64,000 nucleotides of DNA from a virus, in IMG/VR virus record IMGVR_UViG_3300045988_170943, positions 160,001-224,000 of that record. One strand, 5' to 3'. The notes beneath the pieces were generated by a model. The model had not been told where the DNA came from. It worked only from the letters and a program-made list of their open reading frames with translations, and made no database searches. Positions within the stretch are counted from its first letter, which is position 1. Every line of letters begins with the position of its first letter. The position numbers were made by a program, and so were the translations under genes. This document shows, piece by piece, positions 37,843 to 46,929 of this stretch.

Positions 37843-39588
37843 TTACAGGGTTGCCGTGTCCTTCAAGATCTTCTCCATGGTGTCGCCACTGAGGTCACCA
37901 ATCTGGTCCAGCAACTCCACCGACTCGTCATCTGATGAGTTATTGCTCAGCATCTCCATGTCTACGTTAAGGTTGAAGGTACCAGACTCGTTGATGTTCA
38001 CGATACGCTGGTTCAACGTCCTGACGACTTTCTCCAGGACGTCAGCAACGGCACGAGCCTTCTTGTCTGGACTCTCCCAGTTCTCCGGTTTCCTGACGAA
38101 ACTCTGGAGTGCCCTCTTGCCCACAATGTTCAGCACCCTGGTGAGTTGGTCCTCTATCTCCGTGTTAATGGCGGGGAGTTCCTGCTCCTGACCCTGTTCT
38201 TGCACTGTGGCGTAGAGGCGGTTGATGGCTTTGATGAGTTGCCCCAGGGTGTCCCGGATACTCTCGGTCGCCTCCTGGATCGCGGCCAGTTTCTCCTTCT
38301 CATCCACGTTCTTCCTCGGCACCTTCGACAGCCTGGACTTCAGGATAGTGTTGGCTGCGTCAATGTCAGGTATGGTCTTCTTCAGGGCCGTCAGGAGGGT
38401 GTCAACCTTCTTGCTCTTACCGCCCAGGCGCTCCCGTTCGGCCTCCTCCGCCTTGGCTTTCTCCTCAGCGATGAGACGTTCTTTCTCGGCCTCCTCCTCA
38501 GCCGCCTTCCTAGCATCCTCGCGTTTACTCATCCAGTCAGAGAACGACTTAATCCCGGCCCCTAACGTGGCGACAATGACAACGACACCAACGAGAGAGA
38601 GCCCAAGTTCAATGGCCCCATTGAGAAATTCTTTCGCCTCCTCGTCTGCCTTCTGCTTTGCGGCTGCCGCCTGTGCATGAACCTGGGATACTGCACCAGT
38701 GATACTGCTGGCGTGACCCATGAGCCATTCACCAGACTTACCGGCCTCAACCTGAGTGTTGTCCGGGATGATGGAGCCGAGTTTCGCGGCCATCTCCTTG
38801 TTACTTGATGCGACAGCGATGGTTTCTTTGCCGTTGCCCCTGCCTTGAAGGACGACGATGGAGGCCCCGTGGCTACTGTTGCTGGCGATACGCTCAGCGA
38901 TGGACGCTGCCGTGTCGTCTGGGGCTGCGCTCTGGGGGACAACGGTCACCTTCACGTCGGAGTTTCCAAGAGCGTCAGCAACCTCTTGACCCTGATCCAG
39001 TGTGGTGCCGTCCATCTTGTACACAGTGTACTTGTCCTGTGCGTTGACAGCCTTGTCGATGTTGCTAGACACAGTGTTGTTGTACTGGTTGAGCACGCCA
39101 ACACTTTTCCCAGAAACGTCCCCGCCGAGGCTCTTGTAGCGGGCGAGGATCCTGCCGGACGAGTTGTAAAGGGTGTCTCCGGCGTCCTTGACCTCGGTGC
39201 CAGTGATGGTGGTGACAGCGTTGGCAAAGCCTTCCAGGTTGGATGAGGCGACAATCTTGTCTGTGCCGTTGTTCTGCTTGACGACCATGATAACCGTGTC
39301 ACGACTGGGGTTAGCGTTAAGGATCGCCTTAGTCGCGGTCTGCGGGTCTGCGCCACCCAGGTCGTTCTCCTTGACGACAGTCATGAAGATGTCTGTGCCT
39401 GAGAAGTTCGCACCAATGTCGTTACCGAAGGACAGTTTTGCGTCATTCTGCCGGTAGACGACGTATCTGCTCGCGTTGTCGTTGGCGTCCTTAATGATCT
39501 GGTTGACGTCTGCTGAGGCTACTGGGGATAGTGCGGTCACCCCTAGACCAACGGCAGCGGTCGCGGCACCTGCTCTTATGCCGGTCAT
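37843..39588 (-). CDS. secreted/membrane-anchored protein with two repeated about 140-aa extracytoplasmic domains (TPM-like?), a TM helix and a cytoplasmic coiled-coil tail
   Basis: Start at MTGIRAG (RBS AGGAGAGAGG). Signal peptide ...ALSPVASA. Two similar domains (…IVASSNLEGFANAV… / …IAVASSNKEMAAKL…). TM helix LGLSLVGVVVIVATLGAGI. K/E-rich coiled coil. Confidence 0.45.
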   Translation of the reverse strand: MTGIRAGAATAAVGLGVTALSPVASADVNQIIKDANDNASRYVVYRQNDAKLSFGNDIGANFSGTDIFMTVVKENDLGGADPQTATKAILNANPSRDTVIMVVKQNNGTDKIVASSNLEGFANAVTTITGTEVKDAGDTLYNSSGRILARYKSLGGDVSGKSVGVLNQYNNTVSSNIDKAVNAQDKYTVYKMDGTTLDQGQEVADALGNSDVKVTVVPQSAAPDDTAASIAERIASNSSHGASIVVLQGRGNGKETIAVASSNKEMAAKLGSIIPDNTQVEAGKSGEWLMGHASSITGAVSQVHAQAAAAKQKADEEAKEFLNGAIELGLSLVGVVVIVATLGAGIKSFSDWMSKREDARKAAEEEAEKERLIAEEKAKAEEAERERLGGKSKKVDTLLTALKKTIPDIDAANTILKSRLSKVPRKNVDEKEKLAAIQEATESIRDTLGQLIKAINRLYATVQEQGQEQELPAINTEIEDQLTRVLNIVGKRALQSFVRKPENWESPDKKARAVADVLEKVVRTLNQRIVNINESGTFNLNVDMEMLSNNSSDDESVELLDQIGDLSGDTMEKILKDTATL

Positions 39589-39827
39589 CTGCACCTCTCT
39601 CCTGTTCACTCACCAATTACAGGGTGAGCGTATACTGTGCCCGAACCCCTTGACTCCTGGCTGGCCCCATGGGTTGCGGATCTGCTAGATAGTGCAGAGT
39701 GTAGCACAGGCCACACGGGTGCGCAAGCCCCTACAGCAACGATCCCCACAAGGGGCCGGTCACCCTGTGAAAGTTACGTTACACTCGTTGATATTCGCCA
39801 CATAAGTGAGTTTCAGCGCTTTCATAG

Positions 39828-40436
39828 ATGGAGATAGCAGTGCCTTTCATCCCTTACAACCAGGATGCCGCAAACAAGTTGCGTCAGGAGATGAGCAACC
39901 ACCCATTCTTCAAGGACCCGGAGACGTTCGTCGCAATCTTCAACCAGGGCTTCCTGAACAAGCGCGACGATGAGATTATGCGGCTCCTCGGTGAGATCGA
40001 GTCGGCCTTCAAGGACGTCAAGGTCGATAACCGCCTTGGTGTTATCACCATGCTCTCCGATAGTGAGGTATTCCTTGAAGATGCCGTGCTCAGGGTCGAG
40101 GCGTGGGCGTCCGTACTAAGAACTATCCGTAAGGTCCAGGACCACATTAATGCTGGTAAGTTGGGGAAGGACGCGACCCTGCACTTTTTCAAGGACAAGT
40201 CTCGCGTCACAGTCTCAGAGGTACTGCGGGACGAGGAAGGCCACACCGTCGATGGCGAGGCCCTGATGACACTGAGCAACAGCGACCTGGAGGCCGTCAG
40301 CGCGGTTGAGGGCGCACACGCCACCGAGAATGGAGTGGTTGTGCCTGTTGGCGTGCTTCTGCGTGTCGGCGATCAGTTCCTCCGCCAGGTGGCCGGATCT
40401 ATCCCTCCGATCCGTGGACAACGCGAGGGTCAGTGA
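39828..40436 (+). CDS. hypothetical protein
   Basis: 202-aa ORF, followed by a strong hairpin. Confidence 0.45.
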   Translation: MEIAVPFIPYNQDAANKLRQEMSNHPFFKDPETFVAIFNQGFLNKRDDEIMRLLGEIESAFKDVKVDNRLGVITMLSDSEVFLEDAVLRVEAWASVLRTIRKVQDHINAGKLGKDATLHFFKDKSRVTVSEVLRDEEGHTVDGEALMTLSNSDLEAVSAVEGAHATENGVVVPVGVLLRVGDQFLRQVAGSIPPIRGQREGQ

Positions 40437-40465
40437 CCCCGAGCGCCCTTGACGCCCTCATAGGA

Positions 40466-40511
40466 CGAAGGCGGGTAAGAGAGTACGATTTGCCTCTCTT
40501 ACCCGCCTTCG
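40466..40511. terminator. strong hairpin, possibly a bidirectional terminator
   Basis: Perfect 18-bp inverted repeat CGAAGGCGGGTAAGAGAG (40466..40483) / CTCTCTTACCCGCCTTCG (40494..40511) with a 10-nt loop. Confidence 0.55.
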
Positions 40512-40597
40512 CTGTATCCTATATCTGCCTATGCGACTTGCCGCTCAGGCAGTGGCGCTAGGAGGGGTTACGTTTAGTCCCTGCCTGCCCCATATGC

Positions 40598-40885
40598 TCA
40601 CCATGGGTAGATGATCTCTTCCAGATCACAACGGGCAAGGCGAGTTTCTGACAGCATAGCGTCCTCATGGTCCAGGAACATGCTGGGCTCATCGAGGCAG
40701 GGGTAGTCAACCACCCTGATGGTGAACGACCGGGTAGACATGGCGTCGTCCTCTGCCCAGCCGTTCTCATTCTTCACCTCCATGTGCAGGGTGAGAGTGA
40801 TGCTGGCTGTCCCACGCATGGGATTATTGCGGGTGGCCACCCAGTGGAGGCGGCGAGGCTGACGGGATGGTGGAGGGGTTGTCAT
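40598..40885 (-). CDS. hypothetical small protein (convergent)
   Basis: 95-aa minus-strand ORF ending toward the 40466..40511 hairpin. Weak. Confidence 0.25.
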   Translation of the reverse strand: MTTPPPSRQPRRLHWVATRNNPMRGTASITLTLHMEVKNENGWAEDDAMSTRSFTIRVVDYPCLDEPSMFLDHEDAMLSETRLARCDLEEIIYPW

Positions 40886-41040
40886 AAGGCTGGCTTTCTG
40901 GCTCGGCTTGTGGCTGCTACAGACCCAACTGTCGTCCGCAGTCGCTAGAATCTATTGCGCTTCCTTGACCTGTAGTAATACAACTGATGTGCTACAATAC
41001 ACTATATAGATGCTACTAGTCAACCCAGGGAGGTGAGTCT

Positions 41041-42570
41041 GTGAGGTTCTACGATACAGTGACTAGGTACAGGTTCGCCACTGATAATGGGGTTGACGTG
41101 GAGCAGGTCAGTCGTGATCTGACCCGGATGGTTACTTGGATGGCTCAGTCGGAGCGGGAGGTGCTTGCCAGTTCAGAGTTTCACGACCTGGCAGTGAAAG
41201 TTCTACGGGGTGGCAGGCCGACCGGTTCTCTGAACTCCTGGGGTCGTAAACGCCTTAGTCGTTACGACTTTGAGTTTCAGAAACACAACATGAATGAGAT
41301 GCTGGTCTCAAACGTGGTGAGTACTCTGGAACTGTACACCATGAGTGTCGGCCTGTTTCAGGTGATGAGCACTCATTCTAAGGAGACCAGGCCAGAGAGA
41401 ATCCTCTCTTATTACAGGGGCACTTATCCTGGTGCTCCGCAGCCGACTAGCGGCATGGTTCGTGCTCACTTGAGGCGCTACCACCTTAAAGGAGACAGGA
41501 AGGCGTCACTTCCTGGAGTTAGTGCCAAATTGAACCTGGCGGTATGCGATACCTACTTTGCTCCTAAGGCGTTTAGAGGTGATAGTGATCCACTAGACGT
41601 TGTTGTTCAGGTGAAGATACCCAGTCACGGCCTCACAAAACTCTACTTTAGGCTTCCAGATAATGAGTTACGTTTTAGCGAAGGCAAGGTTTGCCGCCCA
41701 ACCATCCGCCTGAACAACAAAGGCCAGGTTGTCTTTGACCTCGCTATCGAGCACGAAGCGCAGCAGCGAGACACGAACAAGGTCGTTGGCGTTGATTTGG
41801 GTAAGGTCGAGCCTTTTGTCGCTACAGTCATTGACCCTAGGGCGAAGCACAGGTCTACTCCGTATCACGCTAACTATAAGAGACGGCTTGGATCGCTAGT
41901 CAAGAAAGAACAGCAGCGTCGCACTTTAGCCACTCATCTGTACGAGCGAGCGAATCTCTGCGAGAAGCACAGTCGAGATCAGCACGCTCTGGTTCTCAGG
42001 ACTGAGGCGAAGCGCGTCAGTGCCAAGGCCACTCGTATCAAGCATGAGATTAGCCAGTGCATCGCCAGTCAGATCGTCTCTGTGGCTGACAAGAATAATG
42101 CTCATGTTTCTCTGGAGAACCTGTCCTGGCTGGACGCCAAGGGCGGTCGCTGGCCTCACGCCGAGATACAGCACAGGATCGAAAGCACCGCTAAGCGTTA
42201 TGGCCTGAAGGTAGTCAGGGTGAGCGCCAAGGACACCTCTAGGACCTGCTCTCGTTGCGGCGGCAAGGTATCCAACAACGCGAAGAGCAGGGTCGGTACC
42301 TGTAGCGTCTGCGGTTTCTCACTGAATCGTGATGTGAGTGCCAGTCGTGAGATTGCCTTGCGTGCTGTCTCGAACGCGAGAAACCGTGATAGGATGCGTT
42401 CTCTGCTTCGCCAGAGGGCGCTAGAGCGAAGTTCGACTGTTACGCGACAGTCGAAACCGGTCACTGCCCTGAGTGGAATCCAGGGACACACCGGTACCTC
42501 CAACAATCGTTTGGAGGCGACGCTGATGATGGTGAGAGAGAATCTAGACTCTAGAGGATCCCCAACCTAG
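41041..42570 (+). CDS. tnpB: solo TnpB (IS605/IS607 OrfB family), paralog of the TnpB at 8459
   Basis: 509 aa. Shares NEMLxxxVxxxxExxxxSxGLFQVM, GVDLGKVEPFVATVID and the C-terminal zinc finger CSRCGGKVSNNAKSRVGTCSVCGFSLNRDVSASREIALRA with the first TnpB. No tnpA adjacent. Confidence 0.85.
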   Translation: MRFYDTVTRYRFATDNGVDVEQVSRDLTRMVTWMAQSEREVLASSEFHDLAVKVLRGGRPTGSLNSWGRKRLSRYDFEFQKHNMNEMLVSNVVSTLELYTMSVGLFQVMSTHSKETRPERILSYYRGTYPGAPQPTSGMVRAHLRRYHLKGDRKASLPGVSAKLNLAVCDTYFAPKAFRGDSDPLDVVVQVKIPSHGLTKLYFRLPDNELRFSEGKVCRPTIRLNNKGQVVFDLAIEHEAQQRDTNKVVGVDLGKVEPFVATVIDPRAKHRSTPYHANYKRRLGSLVKKEQQRRTLATHLYERANLCEKHSRDQHALVLRTEAKRVSAKATRIKHEISQCIASQIVSVADKNNAHVSLENLSWLDAKGGRWPHAEIQHRIESTAKRYGLKVVRVSAKDTSRTCSRCGGKVSNNAKSRVGTCSVCGFSLNRDVSASREIALRAVSNARNRDRMRSLLRQRALERSSTVTRQSKPVTALSGIQGHTGTSNNRLEATLMMVRENLDSRGSPT

Positions 42571-42750
42571 TCAGCGAGTGTATACCCTGCCATCCATCAA
42601 TGCCAACCAGAAAGATGTTTACTACGTCACACTCACACTTGTGTCCACGCATATACAAGCGATTCCCCGGAGCGGGGCTACCCCAGGGAGTCACGTTCAG
42701 GCAACTTGTGAGGTGACACATCTCACGATCTGCCTTGCAAGTTGCGTGTG
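42571..42750 (+). ncRNA. candidate TnpB-associated omegaRNA / right-end region
   Basis: A 180-nt non-coding stretch immediately 3' of the solo tnpB with stem-forming segments (CCCCGGAGCGGGGCTACCCCAGGG). Placed by analogy to characterised TnpB systems. Inference only. Confidence 0.25.
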
Positions 42751-42751
42751 A

Positions 42752-43420
42752 TCAGTCGTGCACGATCTCGTTGACCATGTGGCTGACTGCCGCGTGGGTG
42801 TCAGCGTTGGGGTCTACGAGGATTCGCCAGTTCGCGCACTCCAGCAGGGGGACGTCGCTGCGGGTGTCACCAAACGCTACAACTGAGGGGTAGCGTTCCA
42901 GGTGCAGTCCCTTCAGGTAGGTCCGCTTGGACTCGCTGGTGAACATGCCGCGGTACTCGCCGGTGAAGCGACCCTGGGAGTCTGTGAGATACCTGGTGGC
43001 GGCGGTGTCGAACCCGAACCGTGTACCGAGTTTGTCTACGAGGAACGAGGGGGAACCGCTGACGAGGACTACTCTGGTGCCTCGGCTTCGCATGAGGCGG
43101 AGCCTGTATAGTGTGGTGTAGAAGTTGGCGGGGTTGCTGGCAATGAACTTGACATACTTGTCGGCCATGATGTCGGCCTCCGTCTTGCCGATGATGGCTT
43201 CACGGTATGCCTCAGCGAGGGCCTGGATCAGGGTCTCGTTCTTCTGGTCTCGCCGCCACCGGTCTGGCAGGTCACCCAGGTCAAGGATGTTGGAGTCGTG
43301 AAGCAGGCATGCGTGCCTCAGAACGAGAGATCCTTTGATGATGGTCCCATCCACATCGGATAGGGCGATTCCGTTTGCGCGGCTGGTGCGCGGGCGTGTC
43401 GGGCGGCCAACGTTCCTCAT
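42752..43420 (-). CDS. HAD-superfamily subfamily IB hydrolase (phosphoserine-phosphatase-like)
   Basis: Motif I LSDVDGTII (DxDGT). VLVSGSPSFLV (motif II). K, then AFGDTRSDVPLL (GDxxxD motif IV). The start is chosen at MRNVGRP. Confidence 0.5.
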   Translation of the reverse strand: MRNVGRPTRPRTSRANGIALSDVDGTIIKGSLVLRHACLLHDSNILDLGDLPDRWRRDQKNETLIQALAEAYREAIIGKTEADIMADKYVKFIASNPANFYTTLYRLRLMRSRGTRVVLVSGSPSFLVDKLGTRFGFDTAATRYLTDSQGRFTGEYRGMFTSESKRTYLKGLHLERYPSVVAFGDTRSDVPLLECANWRILVDPNADTHAAVSHMVNEIVHD

Positions 43421-43735
43421 GTTTTGGTTTTTCTTCGCGTATTTACTTGCATATTTTGGCATGGTGCGAACCATATCACGGGCTCTTAGCACGTGTCAAG
43501 GTGATGTGCGTCTCATGCTCATGCGCTATGTCGGCGGACTAGCCCACACCAGGGTGCGTGACTACTATTTACGCTAGGTTTCTGCGTGACTTTTCCACTA
43601 AAGTAGCGTCATTGAATACTGTTTGTGGGTGCGTCCATCTCACGTTTTAGGTTATTGATATTTGTGCCGTTTACTGAAACGAGATAAGCGCTCTGTATTT
43701 TATGGGCGCTTTCCAGTAAAAGGGATTTATGCAGT

Positions 43736-46273
43736 ATGAACAAAGGTGTCTACAAAACCGCGGTAGGGATCATAGCCGCAGCATCCACAATAATCACTGG
43801 TCTCACAGCACTGTCGCCAACGGCACAGGGTGAACCCACCCAGCAAATCCACGTATCCGCATCCAGAGGGAACGACGCTGGGGACGGCAGCCAGACCTAC
43901 CCATACAGGACGATCCGCACCGCCCTGAAAACAGCCAAGGATGGTGCTGACATCACTGTGGAGGGAGGAACCTACCGTGAGGGTGAGTTGTGGGCGACCA
44001 AGACTGTGAACCTGCACGCGAAGGCCGGTGAGCAGGCGGTCCTGTCCGGCGCGGAGGTGCCCACCAACTGGGTGCAGGACGGCCGCACCTACAGGGCCGA
44101 CAATCAGGTGAGACACTGCACCGTGTGCACAGTGAACTCAGACCCAAGGAGAGAAGGTCTGGCCGCGCACCCTGAGCAGGTTTACGTGGATGGCAAACCC
44201 CTCCGCCAGGTGCTTTCACTGGGAGAGGTGGACGCTGGGTCATTCTATGTGGCCGACAGTGATCCAATCACCACGAAGACCCCGAACAACAACACGTCCG
44301 GTTATAACGTGAAACCGCATCGTGGCACCAGCGTCCACATCGGCGTCAACCCGGCGGGGCACACGGTGGAAGTCGTATCTCACTCGCGTGCCCTGACCAT
44401 CACTGGCAACGACGTAGAACTATCTGGGTTCAGGGTAGAGAAGTATGCACCCCTCCAGTCGTGGAACTACCGCGACCCAGAGATCGATTCCCTTGTGGGT
44501 GGAGCCATGGTGTTTGTTGTTGGTCAGCGTAACCACATCCACGACAACACGTTCACCCAGTCCACTGCCGCGACCGCCTTAGCACTGAGTTCATCGAACG
44601 GCTCCAACGTGCACCACAACCAGTTCACAGGTAACGGTGGCGGAGGATTTGGCATCAACCGCGCCAGTGACGTCACTGTTGAATACAACACGTGGTCAAG
44701 CAACAACCAGGCCGGGTTCATCACCTCAAACTGCGGAGCATACTGCACCCTGGGGGACACGAAGATCACCCACTCTGAACGGATCCGGTACGCCTACAAC
44801 ACACACGACTACTCCAGTGTCGGCTATGACAACTCTGACCCGAACGTGAACTCACCGTACAGGCTCAACGGGGTCTGGTTCGACGAAGGCGTCATGAACT
44901 CTGCCATAGTCAACAACTTCTTCACCAATGTTGGGCGGGCCGCCATCATGGATGAGGTGTCCAGCCATAACGTGATCGCCTCCAACATTATCGAGTCTTC
45001 CAACATGGGTGTGCTCATTTCAGGTAGCGACAGGGACGACCTCTACAACAACACCATTGACGGCACCTTGGACCCTATAGTGATCCAGGAGGACGACCGC
45101 ACAAAGGGCTGCAACGCCCGCAACACTGACGGATCCTGCCAGTACCCGGAGTCATGGTCCGTTGGGAAGGGGCTGTCTTGGGACACGACCGACACCAAGG
45201 TCTACAACAACATCATCTCCAACAAGCAGACGAAGCAACTCTCCTGGGACAAGTGGCGTCACCTGCTCATGCTCAGAGTCACCGGACACACTAACTGGGA
45301 TGGCTCCAAGATCTACGCGAACCAGATGATCTCCGGGATCGACAACAATACTTATGTTCGCGCCAGCACCCAGAGCGAGCCGTACACGCTGCACTGGCAC
45401 TACGCCCCAGGTAACGGCAATAGCGTCAGTTTCAACGCCCAAAAGGTCAGTGACTTCACCAGCAACTCGAACGTCACCAAAACCATTGACGGCCGGGAGG
45501 CGCACGCTAGCGACATCATGAGGGCGCGTGGCGGCAGCGGCTTCTACCGAAACCAGGCGAGAAACATCACCGACTACAAGAGCAGCGACTACCGGCTGGC
45601 AGACAGGACTCAGGTGCGCACTGGCCGTGGGCTCCCACCCCATGTAGCCAAGGCCATCGACCCCACCGGAAGAGCCCTGAAACCAAATGCGGTGGTGGAC
45701 CGTGGCGCATTACTGAACTACTACCAGGGGTTCGCATCCACCAGTAGTAACGCCCGCACCAGTGACGTCAAGGCTCTACCCAATGGAGACCAGGACACAT
45801 CAGAGGGCGGGCAGTCGGCAGCACCCAGCAAGCCGACCACGGAGAAGCCCGCTAGCCCAACACCCTCAAGGAACCCTCAAGCGGAGCGCACCAACTACCT
45901 GAAGACCCACCCGCGCCGCGACCAGTTGAGGCAGGGAGCCCAGATCCGGCTTGCGCCAGACTACAGCACCCACGCAAAAAAGGTGGGTGAGCGCATGTAC
46001 TACACTCTCACCATCAAGAACACTGGGCAGCCAGCAGCGTTCACCTACACGAGCGGAGACCTGACTGACAAGCGATCTAAAGCCAGGTGGGGTTACGTGG
46101 GTACCGGAGAGACGAAGACACTAGCCGGGGTGCTTTATCATACAGTCACACAGGCAGACATTGACAGGGGCTACTATTCGCCTGAGGTTACGTTCACCAG
46201 GTATGGCACATGGTACAGGTGGGGTCAGGGTACGTACACGGTGAGAGGTGACGTCTGGGAGGTCGGCAAGTAG
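43736..46273 (+). CDS. secreted right-handed parallel beta-helix protein (pectate-lyase/NosD-like fold) with a C-terminal extension
   Basis: Signal peptide MNKGVYKTAVGIIAAASTIITGLTALSPTAQG. Repeated N/H/G-rich beta-helix rungs (NHIHDNTF, NVHHNQFTGNGG, AIVNNFFTN). 845 aa. Confidence 0.65.
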   Translation: MNKGVYKTAVGIIAAASTIITGLTALSPTAQGEPTQQIHVSASRGNDAGDGSQTYPYRTIRTALKTAKDGADITVEGGTYREGELWATKTVNLHAKAGEQAVLSGAEVPTNWVQDGRTYRADNQVRHCTVCTVNSDPRREGLAAHPEQVYVDGKPLRQVLSLGEVDAGSFYVADSDPITTKTPNNNTSGYNVKPHRGTSVHIGVNPAGHTVEVVSHSRALTITGNDVELSGFRVEKYAPLQSWNYRDPEIDSLVGGAMVFVVGQRNHIHDNTFTQSTAATALALSSSNGSNVHHNQFTGNGGGGFGINRASDVTVEYNTWSSNNQAGFITSNCGAYCTLGDTKITHSERIRYAYNTHDYSSVGYDNSDPNVNSPYRLNGVWFDEGVMNSAIVNNFFTNVGRAAIMDEVSSHNVIASNIIESSNMGVLISGSDRDDLYNNTIDGTLDPIVIQEDDRTKGCNARNTDGSCQYPESWSVGKGLSWDTTDTKVYNNIISNKQTKQLSWDKWRHLLMLRVTGHTNWDGSKIYANQMISGIDNNTYVRASTQSEPYTLHWHYAPGNGNSVSFNAQKVSDFTSNSNVTKTIDGREAHASDIMRARGGSGFYRNQARNITDYKSSDYRLADRTQVRTGRGLPPHVAKAIDPTGRALKPNAVVDRGALLNYYQGFASTSSNARTSDVKALPNGDQDTSEGGQSAAPSKPTTEKPASPTPSRNPQAERTNYLKTHPRRDQLRQGAQIRLAPDYSTHAKKVGERMYYTLTIKNTGQPAAFTYTSGDLTDKRSKARWGYVGTGETKTLAGVLYHTVTQADIDRGYYSPEVTFTRYGTWYRWGQGTYTVRGDVWEVGK

Positions 46274-46299
46274 GGTCCAGTAACCTGGCCGTGTACCCC

Positions 46300-46710
46300 T
46301 TATCGGGCGGCTGGCTCATCTTTCCTGACCCACCACGCCGCAGCCAGGCCGCCGAGCACTAGCAGTGGGGGCAGCACCCACAGGAGTGTGTTAGCGACAC
46401 TGAACGACACCCGGAACAGTCCTGGAGCGCCCAGGAGGAATAGGCCGATTAGGGTGACCCACACGATAGATAGTGGGAGCCTGCTGCCGCCCTCCTTTAG
46501 CCTGCTGGTGATGACGAACCCGGAACCGATCACACCGGCGAGGATGGCGATCACGAACACGGAGGCGAGCAGGAACGCCAGCAACTTGGAGGCGAGCCCG
46601 ATTAGTGCTATCGCAACGGTCGCCAGAGGGATGAAGGCAACCAGGATCAGCAGAACCTTGAACAGGGTGCTCATGGGGCTCCCTTTGGTGTAAGAGTTGA
46701 GGAACTTCAT
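46300..46710 (-). CDS. small integral membrane protein (4 predicted TM)
   Basis: 136 aa, almost entirely hydrophobic helices. Confidence 0.45.
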   Translation of the reverse strand: MKFLNSYTKGSPMSTLFKVLLILVAFIPLATVAIALIGLASKLLAFLLASVFVIAILAGVIGSGFVITSRLKEGGSRLPLSIVWVTLIGLFLLGAPGLFRVSFSVANTLLWVLPPLLVLGGLAAAWWVRKDEPAAR

Positions 46711-46929
46711 GTGTGCGTCTCCGTCTTCGAAAACAGGGGTGGGTGTTTGTTACGCCGCCATGCTACCCAGTAAGATCAACCACACCTGGGCTGTGAGTCA
46801 ACGCTGGCCTGCTGGCGAGTGTGCAATGCGTCACCCCGTGTCGGCTCTTCTTGACACCTCCTGCTAGCCTCCCCTATAATGCCTGGCAGAAGTGTACTTG
46901 GCGTACAAATGAAAGAACAGGAATCTTAG

